Assembly (NCBI GenBank): GCA_965223155.1
Contig: CBDCVR010000014.1
Location: 512,001-576,000, forward strand
Length of the DNA: 64,000 bases
Direction: 5' to 3'
Source: Candidatus Multivoradales bacterium
GTDB taxonomy: Bacteria > Acidobacteriota > Thermoanaerobaculia > Multivoradales > JAHEKO01
This document shows positions 40,290 to 49,746 of the stretch, piece by piece. Numbering within the stretch: the first letter of the stretch is position 1; each line of letters starts with the position of its first letter. The translations under genes were made by a program, and so were the position numbers. The notes beneath the pieces are model-generated. The model had not been told where the DNA came from. It was given only the letters and a program-made list of their open reading frames with translations, and searched no databases.

Positions 40290-41126
40290 TTAGACGGACG
40301 CCTCCGGCGGATTCCCGTCCGGCCCATCGGGAACGTCGTACTCGACGTTCAAGTCCAGCCGGTCCCAATCCAGGATCCGGCGCACGTCGCCCGTCGACAC
40401 ACCCTCCTTCTCCATTCGGGCTCGCAGCGATCGAAGGCTCTTCTCGTAGCGTGTATAGAGCGGTCGCTGCGGCAAGTTGAGCCGGGCCGCGATCTGCGCC
40501 ACCGTGAATCCCTCCCCGAACCGCAGCTTCAGCAACAGACGATCCTCCGCTTCGAGGTCGGCTAGAGCCCGGTCGAGAGCCGCTTCCGCCTGCCGCGCCG
40601 CCTCGCCCATCTCACCGTCCACCACTCTCCGCTCGACGCCGTCCGAGGCCCCTAGAGTCTCGAGAACGTCCGAGCCCTCGAACCGCCTCTTGGTCCGATG
40701 TGGAAGCTGCTCGGCGATCCGGTAGAGCTCGTCCCGATCTTCCTCGAGTCCGAAGTTCGTCTTCAGAATCTCGATCGCCTCGGCCGTGACAAGCCCGTCA
40801 CGGCTGACCAGCGTTTCGAGCTGAACCGCGACCGCGCCCATTCGCTTCGCCGCAGCCGACGGCCGCCACTTGCCCCACTTGGCGATCCGGTAGTCCCGGA
40901 AGAGATTCATGATCACCGTCGTCAAGAACGTGGACAGACTGCTCCTGCCCGCGAACTTCCGCAGCACCGCGTAGTCGTTCTCGATCAGCTTGAGCTTTAC
41001 CGTCGCGTCGAAGTCCTCGGCCTCATCGCCGAAGCAACAGTTCCGCCGGCAGACCGAGGCGATCACGCGCTCGATCAGGGGCAGCTCCCGCTCGAAAACC
41101 TCGCTCGGCTCCATCGGCTCGCTCAC
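40290..41126 (-). CDS. atypical sigma-70 family (ECF-like) sigma factor with extended region 2-4 linker
   Basis: EAEDF...KLIENDYAVLRKFAGRSSLSTFLTTV (region 2); EDRLLLKLRFGEGFTVAQIAARL (region 4 HTH). Confidence 0.88.
   Translation of the reverse strand: MSEPMEPSEVFERELPLIERVIASVCRRNCCFGDEAEDFDATVKLKLIENDYAVLRKFAGRSSLSTFLTTVIMNLFRDYRIAKWGKWRPSAAAKRMGAVAVQLETLVSRDGLVTAEAIEILKTNFGLEEDRDELYRIAEQLPHRTKRRFEGSDVLETLGASDGVERRVVDGEMGEAARQAEAALDRALADLEAEDRLLLKLRFGEGFTVAQIAARLNLPQRPLYTRYEKSLRSLRARMEKEGVSTGDVRRILDWDRLDLNVEYDVPDGPDGNPPEASV
40292..40314 (-). promoter_or_regulatory. putative cognate-sigma promoter, copy A, in the last codons of the sigma gene and facing the anti-sigma
   Basis: GAA-N12-GTCCGTCT. 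Confidence 0.6.
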
Positions 41127-41164
41127 TGGAGCGGATTGTAGCGGGAGGAAGCGTACGAACTAGA

Positions 41165-41187
41165 GAAAGCAAACAACTTGTCCGTCT
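41165..41187 (+). promoter_or_regulatory. putative cognate-sigma promoter, copy C, upstream of the CHAT operon
   Basis: GAA-N12-GTCCGTCT. Confidence 0.6.
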
Positions 41188-41335
41188 CTAACACCCGCAG
41201 AGTTCGAAGCAGAGAAGCACAATGCCGCACCCGCTATCCACCTGTACACTCTCATCATCGACATCGTCTCGAATACACGGAAAGCCTTCGAGTTTCTCTC
41301 GTGATTCATCCCCGTCGTCTCATCAAGAGCGTGCC

Positions 41336-44300
41336 GTGAAGACTCATCCAGGAACGGTAGTCACAATGGCCCTGTGCACAGTGGCGTTATTCGCGAGTTG
41401 CACTCGAGGCACTGGGACCCTGGGTCGCACGATCCCTCTAGACACTGAGTACCGTCCGATATTGCCTCTGCTCACGGTGCCAGCTCAGCACCGCCCCTGC
41501 TCCAACGCATCTGAAGCGCTTGATCCCTTCCAGGCCCGATGTCCCCAGAGAAGTACTCCTGATCTACGCGGAGCAGAATCGGCTGCAGCCAGGCTGCGGG
41601 CACGCTACGGCGCCTCCAAAGATCCCGACGCCCTGTGGGCTCTCGGCCTTTGGAGGCTCCACTGGCTAGCGGATCGAGATGATTTCGACGCAGCGGTTCG
41701 CTTTCTCCAACAGGCTGCGCAGCTTGATCCGGCGAATGCTCAATTGCAGTCGGATCTGGCGGCTGCGCTCTACGCACGAGGCGAATCCTACGACTCGTTT
41801 GACGATGTCCTCGCGGCACTGGCGAGCTGCGAACGGGCGCTCGAACTCGCCCCTGAGCTTGTAGAGGCAAACCTCAACAAGGCGCTGATCCTCGCTCGCT
41901 TGGGTCTTCATGACCAAGCGACCCAGCTCTTGAGCGAAGTCAGTTCAGGGCGCGCTGACCAACGCTCACACGAGTTCGGTGCGCTAGTGACGGCTATGCG
42001 GGGAGGGGCCGCTTCCCAAGGCCGCGACGCTCAGGACAACAGTGCCCAACCTAGTGATTCCCTCTACGACCGCTGGGAAGACTCGCTACGACGAATGAGT
42101 CGAACACGTCCGAAACAGGGCCGACGGACACACCAGGCCCACTTGCTTGGACGCCGGATTGCCGAGTCTCTTCGAGACGACCTCCCGAGCAAGATTACCG
42201 ACGCCGTCATCCAACACGATGCCAGGAAGAGTGTCCTGGCGTTCTTTGAGGCTCGCGACCGCTACCAGGCTCGGCAAGTCCAGGAGGCCTGCGAGTCGTT
42301 TCACTTTGCTCGAACTGGCCTCGCAGGACAGGGAAATCCTCTAACCCACTGGGTGGACTACTACCTGGCCGTATGCAGTTATTGGCAGGGGGACTACCGA
42401 GACGCGAGCCGACAGCTTCGAGAACTTCGACGTCTTGCAACTGAGCACGGGTTCCTTCGCCTGGGCGCTTACGCCGAGTGGATGATCGGCTTGATCGGAG
42501 CCGCAACGGGCGACCTCGATGGAGCTTTCGCTTCTTACGAGCTTGGGCTTTCAGCATTCGACACCTTGGGCCTAGACGAGGAGGCCGCTTTTCTGGGCGT
42601 TCTGACCGCCGACCTTCTGGGTCAACTCGGCGAACGGACCGAGGCCGGCAACCGACTTCTCAACGCACTCGCGCGAAGCCACGCAGTCAAGAACCCACGC
42701 CGGAAACACGCGCTGTTCGACGAAGCCGCCGAACTTGCACGCCGCATGGCCCAACCGCTAGGCGCGACCTATCTGCAGCGGGAGGCTGTGGCACATGCCC
42801 GAGCCACGGAGGATCCAGTGGCAGTGGCTGAAGCAATGCACAGAAGCGCGACAACACTCGCCGCAATTGGCCAGGTCAGCGCAGCGAGCGAACAGCTTCG
42901 AGCTGCAAGTCGGTGGACAGAGCAAATCACCGACCAACACGCCAGAGGCCTGGTCGAGGCAGGCGTCCTGCTGGCCGAGAGCCGAGTCTTGGAAGGGCCG
43001 GATCCTGAGCGCGTCGATCGCCTGGACCAGGCGATTGACGCGTTCTCCAGCCTCTCGAGCAGGTTCCTGCCCGAGCTGCATTTGGAGCGCGGAAGGCTTC
43101 ATGCCGAACTCGGAAATCCGGAAGCGGCTGAGCAGGATCTTCTAGCTGCCGTCCGACTCTACGAGGTCGCCTTGTCCTCAGTGCCGCTGGGAAGGTTCGT
43201 CGACCCTCTTGCGCGAAATCTTGATATCGCCTTACACGAGCTTGCCGCCTTTCAGCTAACAGAGCTTCGTGATCCTGTTCAGGCCCTGCTGACGAGCGAG
43301 CGCGGGGCCCAGGTGGGTCGCCAGGGGCAGGAAGTCTCCTGCGGTTCGGATAGCTGGATGTCGCCCAAAGGGACCGCGATCATCCGATACTCCGTTATCG
43401 GCGACCAAGTACTCGCTCTCGTCGTTCGCGGCAACAGCCAGAAGATCGTACGCCTACAGGCAACGCCGCAAGACATCTCGAACCTGGCTCGCGAACTGGC
43501 ACCGCAGGCAATTGCTAGCGACAGTGCCCGAGAGGGAGCATTGCGCCGCGCTTGGGCCTTGATGTGGCAACCGCTCGAGGCATTTCTTGCTCCTGCCTCA
43601 ACGGTGCTTGTCAGCGCAACACCTCCGATCGACTCCCTACCCTTTCCGGCATTTCAAGACGAGCAAGGCCGGCCTCTGGCGCATAGATACGCGACCGCAG
43701 CTACGCCCGACATTGGAAGTTGGCTTTGTGGCGGCACTTCCCTAGCGACGAGCATCAACGCGGACGACGGGATCGTGGCCGTTGCGGATCCGGAGATCCA
43801 CAAGGCCCTCTCTTGGCTTCCGCGCCTGCCTTCATCGCTACTGGAGGTCGAGCGCCTATCGGAGCTCTATCCCGAAATCGTCGCGCTCATCGGTTCGGAG
43901 GCAACTCCTGGGCGCCTACAAGCGGAGCTTCCGGGAGCCAACATCCTGCACCTGGCGAGTCACACGGCCCTGCCGTCCGCTGTCGGTGGCGCCTTCGTCC
44001 TCGCACCTGAAGAGCCCGGCTATCCAACGGGCCTGCTACGAGCTGCCGATCTGCACCCGGGCCGCCTGTCGAGACTCCAACTTGTCGTCTTGGCTGCTTG
44101 CAACTCAGGGAAGCGCATCGACTTGGAGGACTATCGCGCAGTTCCTCTCGCGACGCCGTTCGTGAGGGCGGCGGTGCCTTTCGTGCTGGTTAGCATCGGC
44201 AGTCTCCAAGATGCAGAGGCGGCCGAATTCATGTACCAGTTCTACAGGGAGCTTCGATCGGATGTCTCCCCAATCGAGGCTCTTCGGCGTGTTCAATTGC

Positions 44301-44386
44301 GAGCCTTCACGGAGAGTCCACGGCCCTCCAACGAATGGCATCTCCAGCTAGTGGTCTCACCATCCAAGGAAAGGAGCTCAATGTGA
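41336..44386 (+). CDS. TPR-CHAT (caspase-HetF) protease, probable lipoprotein (start 41222, 41336 or 41366)
   Basis: TPR segments (SDLAAALY, EANLNKAL); CHAT motifs LP.S..EV, G.EAT, ILHLASH, VVLAACNSG, FY..L; lipobox-like LFASC. Confidence 0.88.
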   Translation: MKTHPGTVVTMALCTVALFASCTRGTGTLGRTIPLDTEYRPILPLLTVPAQHRPCSNASEALDPFQARCPQRSTPDLRGAESAAARLRARYGASKDPDALWALGLWRLHWLADRDDFDAAVRFLQQAAQLDPANAQLQSDLAAALYARGESYDSFDDVLAALASCERALELAPELVEANLNKALILARLGLHDQATQLLSEVSSGRADQRSHEFGALVTAMRGGAASQGRDAQDNSAQPSDSLYDRWEDSLRRMSRTRPKQGRRTHQAHLLGRRIAESLRDDLPSKITDAVIQHDARKSVLAFFEARDRYQARQVQEACESFHFARTGLAGQGNPLTHWVDYYLAVCSYWQGDYRDASRQLRELRRLATEHGFLRLGAYAEWMIGLIGAATGDLDGAFASYELGLSAFDTLGLDEEAAFLGVLTADLLGQLGERTEAGNRLLNALARSHAVKNPRRKHALFDEAAELARRMAQPLGATYLQREAVAHARATEDPVAVAEAMHRSATTLAAIGQVSAASEQLRAASRWTEQITDQHARGLVEAGVLLAESRVLEGPDPERVDRLDQAIDAFSSLSSRFLPELHLERGRLHAELGNPEAAEQDLLAAVRLYEVALSSVPLGRFVDPLARNLDIALHELAAFQLTELRDPVQALLTSERGAQVGRQGQEVSCGSDSWMSPKGTAIIRYSVIGDQVLALVVRGNSQKIVRLQATPQDISNLARELAPQAIASDSAREGALRRAWALMWQPLEAFLAPASTVLVSATPPIDSLPFPAFQDEQGRPLAHRYATAATPDIGSWLCGGTSLATSINADDGIVAVADPEIHKALSWLPRLPSSLLEVERLSELYPEIVALIGSEATPGRLQAELPGANILHLASHTALPSAVGGAFVLAPEEPGYPTGLLRAADLHPGRLSRLQLVVLAACNSGKRIDLEDYRAVPLATPFVRAAVPFVLVSIGSLQDAEAAEFMYQFYRELRSDVSPIEALRRVQLRAFTESPRPSNEWHLQLVVSPSKERSSM

Positions 44387-45231
44387 TCAAGAAAGCGAAC
44401 AAGGGATCGAAGCTTACGATTGACTTCGTCGGACTCTTCGCGTTCGTACAAGTCGAGGACGCGATAGTGGTGCTAGGAATGGCACCTCATCGATTCCTTA
44501 GTCTCGGGCTGTGCAAGCACGACCCAGTGGTGATTTTTCAATATCCAGCGCTCCGGACGGCAGACGAAGCGCGATCTCACTGGAGCTTCTCCACCTTCTT
44601 CCAGGACACGAAGAACCCCAATGGGAAACATCAGGCGCTCGGCGTTTGGCCTCTGGAAGGCAAAGAGCTCAGCATCCAAGATGCTCCCAACACCTGCCCA
44701 AACATCGATTCCACCGAGATTTTCGAGTTGGACATCAAGGGCCCTGTCGATCTGGCCAAGTGGCTCTCATCTACTCTTCCCCAAGGACTTGGCTGCAGAT
44801 GGATCCTGCAAGGCGGACGACTCTCCGTTCCTACTTTGACCGACGAAGATTGGTACTTGTATCCGAAGGATGACGCTAGTGGCCCCAAGGTGAGTCCTTT
44901 CGCGCAAGTGGTCCGCTGGGAACTCGTCCGTGAAGAAGAAAATACGACCGCAATCATCACGGCCCGGACGAACTCGTCCGGACGAAGCGAAAGACTCGCC
45001 ATCAAGCCCGACGGACAGATCGCCGCCAGCAATCTCTGTCCCTTCGACTCCGCTGCGGCAAACAAGTCCTTCGATCCCGACATCAGCGCCTACTACGAGC
45101 TCACCAGGAGACCCCTCCCGGCGAAGCAGAGATCAGTTTTGCATAAACGGCCCACCGGGGGTGGAATGCCGACCCGACCCAACCTGAGCGCCTGTCCACC
45201 GGTGCTCTTCCGCATCGCTTCGAAGAACTAG
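44383..45231 (+). CDS. hypothetical beta-rich protein translationally coupled to CHAT
   Basis: GTGA overlap with the CHAT stop; SD AAGGAG; LTIDFVGLFAFV...HDP...SNLCP...CPP. Confidence 0.8.
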   Translation: MIKKANKGSKLTIDFVGLFAFVQVEDAIVVLGMAPHRFLSLGLCKHDPVVIFQYPALRTADEARSHWSFSTFFQDTKNPNGKHQALGVWPLEGKELSIQDAPNTCPNIDSTEIFELDIKGPVDLAKWLSSTLPQGLGCRWILQGGRLSVPTLTDEDWYLYPKDDASGPKVSPFAQVVRWELVREEENTTAIITARTNSSGRSERLAIKPDGQIAASNLCPFDSAAANKSFDPDISAYYELTRRPLPAKQRSVLHKRPTGGGMPTRPNLSACPPVLFRIASKN

Positions 45232-45236
45232 AACAG

Positions 45237-46076
45237 ATGACGCGAAGACTTCGAATCGCCACAATCGTAGCTGTTCCGCTGACCATTGGCCTACTCGCTC
45301 TTGGGCGCGGAGGCGAGCCGCAGGAGGTCCCCATGAGCGAATCCGACACGCTGTCCTTCGCCCCGATTGAAGATCTACGCGAAGACTTCCGCGTAGTGGA
45401 CCCCGATGGCGTTCTTGACTCGAGTGCTTGGCCGCCAGAAGCGCTCATCAATCTCAACCCTTTGGCTTCTATGGTCGCCGTCGGGCCCAAGGTCGCGCTG
45501 AGCGCAGCCCATGTATTCTGGAAGCCGGACAAGATACTTCTTCCGAAGATTGGGGGAGTCACAGGCAGTTGCGATTTGCACCCCGACTACATGGAGCTAC
45601 GAAAGGAGTGCTCCGCCTGTACGGGGAGCTGCTCCCACTGCGATCCCGATGCGCAGGCTGCCGTCGATGTTGCCATCTGCTCCTCTAGCGAGTGGGATCT
45701 TGAGCCTGTAGCCGTTTCTCTTGATGCCTACATCGACAAGGGCGACACCCTCGTCTTGAGCGGTTTCGGCTGCACAGAGTGCAAGGGCGTCGTTGCGCTG
45801 GATCTCGAGTTCTCGTACGGAAAGGCAACAGTCTACTCCACGAATGGCGTCGGCAAGACGAAGGGAGGTTCCGCTCTCTGCGCTTCGGACAGCGGCGGAG
45901 GCGTCTACCAACTCTCCAAGGACACCAAGGGCAAGGTTGTTGGTATCGGCTCTGGATTGATTGATTGCAAGAACAGAACCTCGCGAGTTGCGCTTTTGGG
46001 CCATGCCCTGAACCGAAAGTGGATCGAGGCCTGGGCAGACGAGCACGAGGAGATTCTTGGAGTCAACCTCGACTGA
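45237..46076 (+). CDS. trypsin-like (S1) serine protease with N-terminal signal/anchor
   Basis: LSAAH (His), HPDY, VDVAI (Asp), GFG, LCASDSGGG (Ser). Confidence 0.8.
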   Translation: MTRRLRIATIVAVPLTIGLLALGRGGEPQEVPMSESDTLSFAPIEDLREDFRVVDPDGVLDSSAWPPEALINLNPLASMVAVGPKVALSAAHVFWKPDKILLPKIGGVTGSCDLHPDYMELRKECSACTGSCSHCDPDAQAAVDVAICSSSEWDLEPVAVSLDAYIDKGDTLVLSGFGCTECKGVVALDLEFSYGKATVYSTNGVGKTKGGSALCASDSGGGVYQLSKDTKGKVVGIGSGLIDCKNRTSRVALLGHALNRKWIEAWADEHEEILGVNLD

Positions 46077-46191
46077 TCGGCTGACCCTCGTTCATTCCCG
46101 TCGACTGATGGCTGCCAAGCCATCCACCCTTCGGCGGACCCCGGGGCCCGGCCCACGCTTCACCACCTCGCGGATCAGAACCACTCCCCCG

Positions 46192-46214
46192 GAATTCCGC
46201 CAACGCGTCCGTCC
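46192..46214 (+). promoter_or_regulatory. putative cognate-sigma promoter, copy D, upstream of the SGNH gene
   Basis: GAA-N12-GTCCGTCC. Confidence 0.55.
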
Positions 46215-46286
46215 AGTCCTCTAGCTACCCGACGCCGGGCCGGCCGAAGGCGCCGGCGCGGAACGCCGACTAGAGAGGAGGGCCAC

Positions 46287-47078
46287 GTGCCAAACTTGAC
46301 CTGGAAGCAGAAGCGTCAGCTTCTCAAGTTCTTCGCCCCGTCCATCAAGCAGCATCCGGACTGGCCGGTGGTGATCAGCGAAGGAGATTCGTGGTTCTCC
46401 TTCCCGGCCCACCACAACGTGATCGATCATCTCGACACGATGGCCGGACGCAGTATCTCGCTGCTGCGCCTCGAACGAAGTGGTGACGAGCTACTTTCGA
46501 TCTTGCACGGGAAACAGACAACCAAGCTGGCCAAGCGCTTGCGCGACTTCCCTGTCCAGGCGCTTCTCTTGAGCGGAGGCGGCAACGACATCCTCGGGGC
46601 CGGCTTCGGCGAACTCCTCAAAGATGTGCCGACCGGAAGCGGCGAGCAGTTCCTCGACAAGCCCCTGGCTCGCTGCCGCATCCAGCAATTGAAGTACGCC
46701 TATCTGGAGCTCGCCAGGATTCGAGACCGCAACCGCCCCGGCTGCGTCATCTACGCTCATGGCTACGACTACGCCATCCCCTCCGGCAAGCCTGCCAAGA
46801 TGTGGGGACTCAAGTTTGGGCCCTGGCTCAAACCGCACTTCGATAAGCACGGCGCTTCAGCCGAGGACGGCCGGCTGATCATCCGCTGGCTGATCGACGA
46901 GTTCAACAAGATGCTCGAATCGGTCGCGGACCGCGCGACGGACTTCGTCCACGTGGATCACCGAGGCACGCTCTCCGCGACGGATTGGAACGACGAGATC
47001 CACCCGAAACGAGCAGCGTTCCGCAAGATCGCCGAGAACTTCGCCAAGCCGCTTCGCGGCCAGTTCGGTTCCTGGTAG
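46287..47078 (+). CDS. SGNH/GDSL hydrolase
   Basis: EGDSW, SGGGND, HGYDY, NDEIHP; SD GAGGAGG. Confidence 0.88.
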   Translation: MPNLTWKQKRQLLKFFAPSIKQHPDWPVVISEGDSWFSFPAHHNVIDHLDTMAGRSISLLRLERSGDELLSILHGKQTTKLAKRLRDFPVQALLLSGGGNDILGAGFGELLKDVPTGSGEQFLDKPLARCRIQQLKYAYLELARIRDRNRPGCVIYAHGYDYAIPSGKPAKMWGLKFGPWLKPHFDKHGASAEDGRLIIRWLIDEFNKMLESVADRATDFVHVDHRGTLSATDWNDEIHPKRAAFRKIAENFAKPLRGQFGSW

Positions 47079-47206
47079 AGGGCACGGTCGCTCCCGGCGC
47101 ACCCTTCGAGAGGTCTGGGCCGCAAGGCTAGCCTCGCCCACGAGCCGCCCACTCGAAATGGTAAGGTTCTGACAAAGTTCATCGGATCCATTTGGAGGAA
47201 CGGGTC

Positions 47207-49531
47207 ATGGAAGTGAGCTCGCACCTGCGAGAGCCAGCGGCTGCCGTAGGCTCCACAATTCAACGTCACCTCCTGACGCTTATTACCGGCGTGCTGGGGT
47301 TCTGCACACTGTTCTGGATCCCACAGGTTCACAACCTCCTGTTCGAGCTTCCTTCTGCGATCAAGGACGGAGAGTTCGAAGTTCGGCTGGCTTGGTTCGG
47401 TTTTCTTACGGTCGCCATCTTCTTCGACGTCAACCTTCTGAAGCTGATCGACCCGGTGCGGGACAGTTTCAAGGGGCCCATCCGTACGCTTTCTCGATCG
47501 CCGGTCCTGGCCGGATGGATCGTGTCGGGAGGATTCGTTCTGATCGCCTTCACACTTTTCTTCCTGACCGCAGATCCGAGCCACGGCAGCCATCGGCACG
47601 GCCTCGTGAATGCCGCTCGCCTCTACTTGCCCATCCTTCTCCTAGTCGCCGCGGCGATTTGTGCGCCGATCCGGCATCACTTGTCGAAGGTTCCCTTTCC
47701 CGGCGGCGCTCGAAAGCGAGAGACCTTGCTGCGCCTCTTTGTGGCCGTCGCCGGACTCTACTTCGCCGGATGGGCTGTCTGGGGTCTGGCCGATAACGTC
47801 TCGTGGATCACCTACCGCACCTACTCGATCTGGGCCTTACTCCAGCTTGTCTTCATGTTGGTTGCCGTCGGCCGCGCCCTAGATGTTCTCTCCTCATCGG
47901 GCTTTGCGTTGGCTCGCCCCCTAGCCTTGGGCGTAGCCCTTCTCCTGCCGTTTTCCTGGAAACCGACCGCCATCGGGACGCCGGCGGCTTCGGCAACCCC
48001 GCAAACCGCAGTCGGAGCTACTCCGAGCCACGAAACCGAAGATTCCCGGCCGGCCGCCTCACTCGCCACACGATGGTTCGACGCAATCGACAGGAAGCTC
48101 GACTCGCTGCCGCCGAACGGCCCGGCCGTCGTTGTGGCCGCCAGCGGCGGCGGATCTCGTGCCGCCCTATTCAGCGCTCTGGTCTTCGAGTCGCTGCGCC
48201 GAACCGAAATCGAAGGCGCTTCGCTCGCGGACCGGATACTACTGATCAGCAGCGTCTCCGGAGGGAGTCTCGCGAGCAGCTACTTCGCGACTCAAACCGA
48301 CCTGCGGAAACGAACCGGCAGCGGAGGGCCCTATTCCTGGCAGCACAGTCGCGCAGAGGACCAGCACAAAAGGGTGCGCCAGGAGGCGCCGGCCCTTGTT
48401 GCCAGGGCCGCGGACGCAAGCCTGAGCAACGCGTTCCAAGAGCTCGCCGACTCTCCAGCGCCCTTGCCAGATTGGGTCCTCCAGAGCCGGTTCGTGGACG
48501 AGATGAATACGGACTTCATTGCCCCGATCCTGGTTGGAATTCTGGACCCGAGACAACGGCGTGGCCAGAGCCTCAGCAGGTTCTGGGAGCGAGAATTCGA
48601 GTGGTCGGAGTTCTCCACCAGCAGCGACATCCGACTCGGTCCGGACCTACCTCCGCCACCCCTCCTGATACTGAATGCAACGGCGGTCGAGTTCGGGACC
48701 AGGTTGGCGATCGGATTTCCACCACTACCGCCAGGCCTCCTTGCGAGCCGAAACGCTCACCTCGACAAATCGGAGCGTCCCACCTCCCTGAGCGACCACG
48801 GCGCCTACGAGATTTCCCTTGCCGACGCCGTCCGACTGTCGGCGAGTTTCCCTTGGAGCGTGCCAGTCGGGCGTCTCACACTCGAGAGTGCCCGTCACAT
48901 TCTCGACGGTGGCGTTCTCGACGTTACCGGCCTAGACACGCTGACAGGTGTGCTTGCCGGGCTCGACGCTTGGAGCAAGGAGGACGGTGGTGATCCTCTT
49001 GACTTGGAGCTTCAGCGGCGAGCCTCGTCGATCACCGAAAAACTCCAGGCAAGAGGAATAGTGGTTGTCGTGATCGACTCCGGCGCTCAGCCATCCTCCA
49101 AAGGCGAGCCCGCCGGCAGGCTGGGCGAAGTGATCAATCCCGTCCATGCCCTTCGCAGGAGCGCCTTCCTCCGAGCGGCGGAAGACAAGCAGGCCCATCT
49201 CGACGACCTCGAGAAGCTGGACTTCGTTTCGTGGCTCGAGTCGTTCCGTTGCGGTGACGACCGCATCATCACCTCTTGGGCTCTCGGTCCCCAAGACAAG
49301 GCTCGCGTCTTCGTGCGCTTCCTCGGCCAGGAGCCGAAGAAGCGTGACGGCTTCCTGGAGAAGATCGAAGCTCATCGGCAAGCCCAAAGACGCGACGAGC
49401 TCCAGGAGTTGATCCAGAAGACAGCGCAGTTGGATCAGGCGTTTCGGAGAGCGTTTGTCCAGATCGATCCGAAGGTTCTTGACCTGGAGCAACCTCTGAT
49501 ACCCATCCAGCCCCTCCCAGAGATTCCGTGA
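47207..49531 (+). CDS. multi-TM patatin/cPLA2-like phospholipase
   Basis: About 7 N-terminal TMs; ASGGGSRAA, SVSGGS, LSASFP, LDGG. Confidence 0.85.
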   Translation: MEVSSHLREPAAAVGSTIQRHLLTLITGVLGFCTLFWIPQVHNLLFELPSAIKDGEFEVRLAWFGFLTVAIFFDVNLLKLIDPVRDSFKGPIRTLSRSPVLAGWIVSGGFVLIAFTLFFLTADPSHGSHRHGLVNAARLYLPILLLVAAAICAPIRHHLSKVPFPGGARKRETLLRLFVAVAGLYFAGWAVWGLADNVSWITYRTYSIWALLQLVFMLVAVGRALDVLSSSGFALARPLALGVALLLPFSWKPTAIGTPAASATPQTAVGATPSHETEDSRPAASLATRWFDAIDRKLDSLPPNGPAVVVAASGGGSRAALFSALVFESLRRTEIEGASLADRILLISSVSGGSLASSYFATQTDLRKRTGSGGPYSWQHSRAEDQHKRVRQEAPALVARAADASLSNAFQELADSPAPLPDWVLQSRFVDEMNTDFIAPILVGILDPRQRRGQSLSRFWEREFEWSEFSTSSDIRLGPDLPPPPLLILNATAVEFGTRLAIGFPPLPPGLLASRNAHLDKSERPTSLSDHGAYEISLADAVRLSASFPWSVPVGRLTLESARHILDGGVLDVTGLDTLTGVLAGLDAWSKEDGGDPLDLELQRRASSITEKLQARGIVVVVIDSGAQPSSKGEPAGRLGEVINPVHALRRSAFLRAAEDKQAHLDDLEKLDFVSWLESFRCGDDRIITSWALGPQDKARVFVRFLGQEPKKRDGFLEKIEAHRQAQRRDELQELIQKTAQLDQAFRRAFVQIDPKVLDLEQPLIPIQPLPEIP

Positions 49532-49673
49532 GTCGGCCCCATCGCACCTCACGGATTGCTACCGCTGCAGTCCATCTGAGTTCATAAGGTTCCCTCGAAA
49601 TACCCCGACAGGCTCCGTGCCTCGAAAACCACAGTCGAGCGACTGGAATCTAGAAAGCCCCTCGCCCGCCGGC

Positions 49674-49746
49674 GAAATAGGGTGACAGGATACCTATCTC
49701 CTGCAGCCGGCCAACCGGAGAAATAGGTATCCTGTCACCCTATTTC
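49674..49746. repeat. REP/REPIN-like inverted doublet
   Basis: GAAATAGGGTGACAGGATACCTATCTC (49674-49700) and an inverted copy at 49720-49746 (26/27 identical); each unit is itself a stem-loop. Confidence 0.9.

Noticed and set aside
39283-44386. Type III-E CRISPR (Craspase) locus
   Set aside because: No Cas7-11, Csx30/31 or array is visible; only a functional analogy.
44383-45231. Bacterial gasdermin next to CHAT and trypsin
   Set aside because: Size and context fit, but it lacks the N-terminal Cys and GY...P pattern I associate with bacterial gasdermins; left as unknown.
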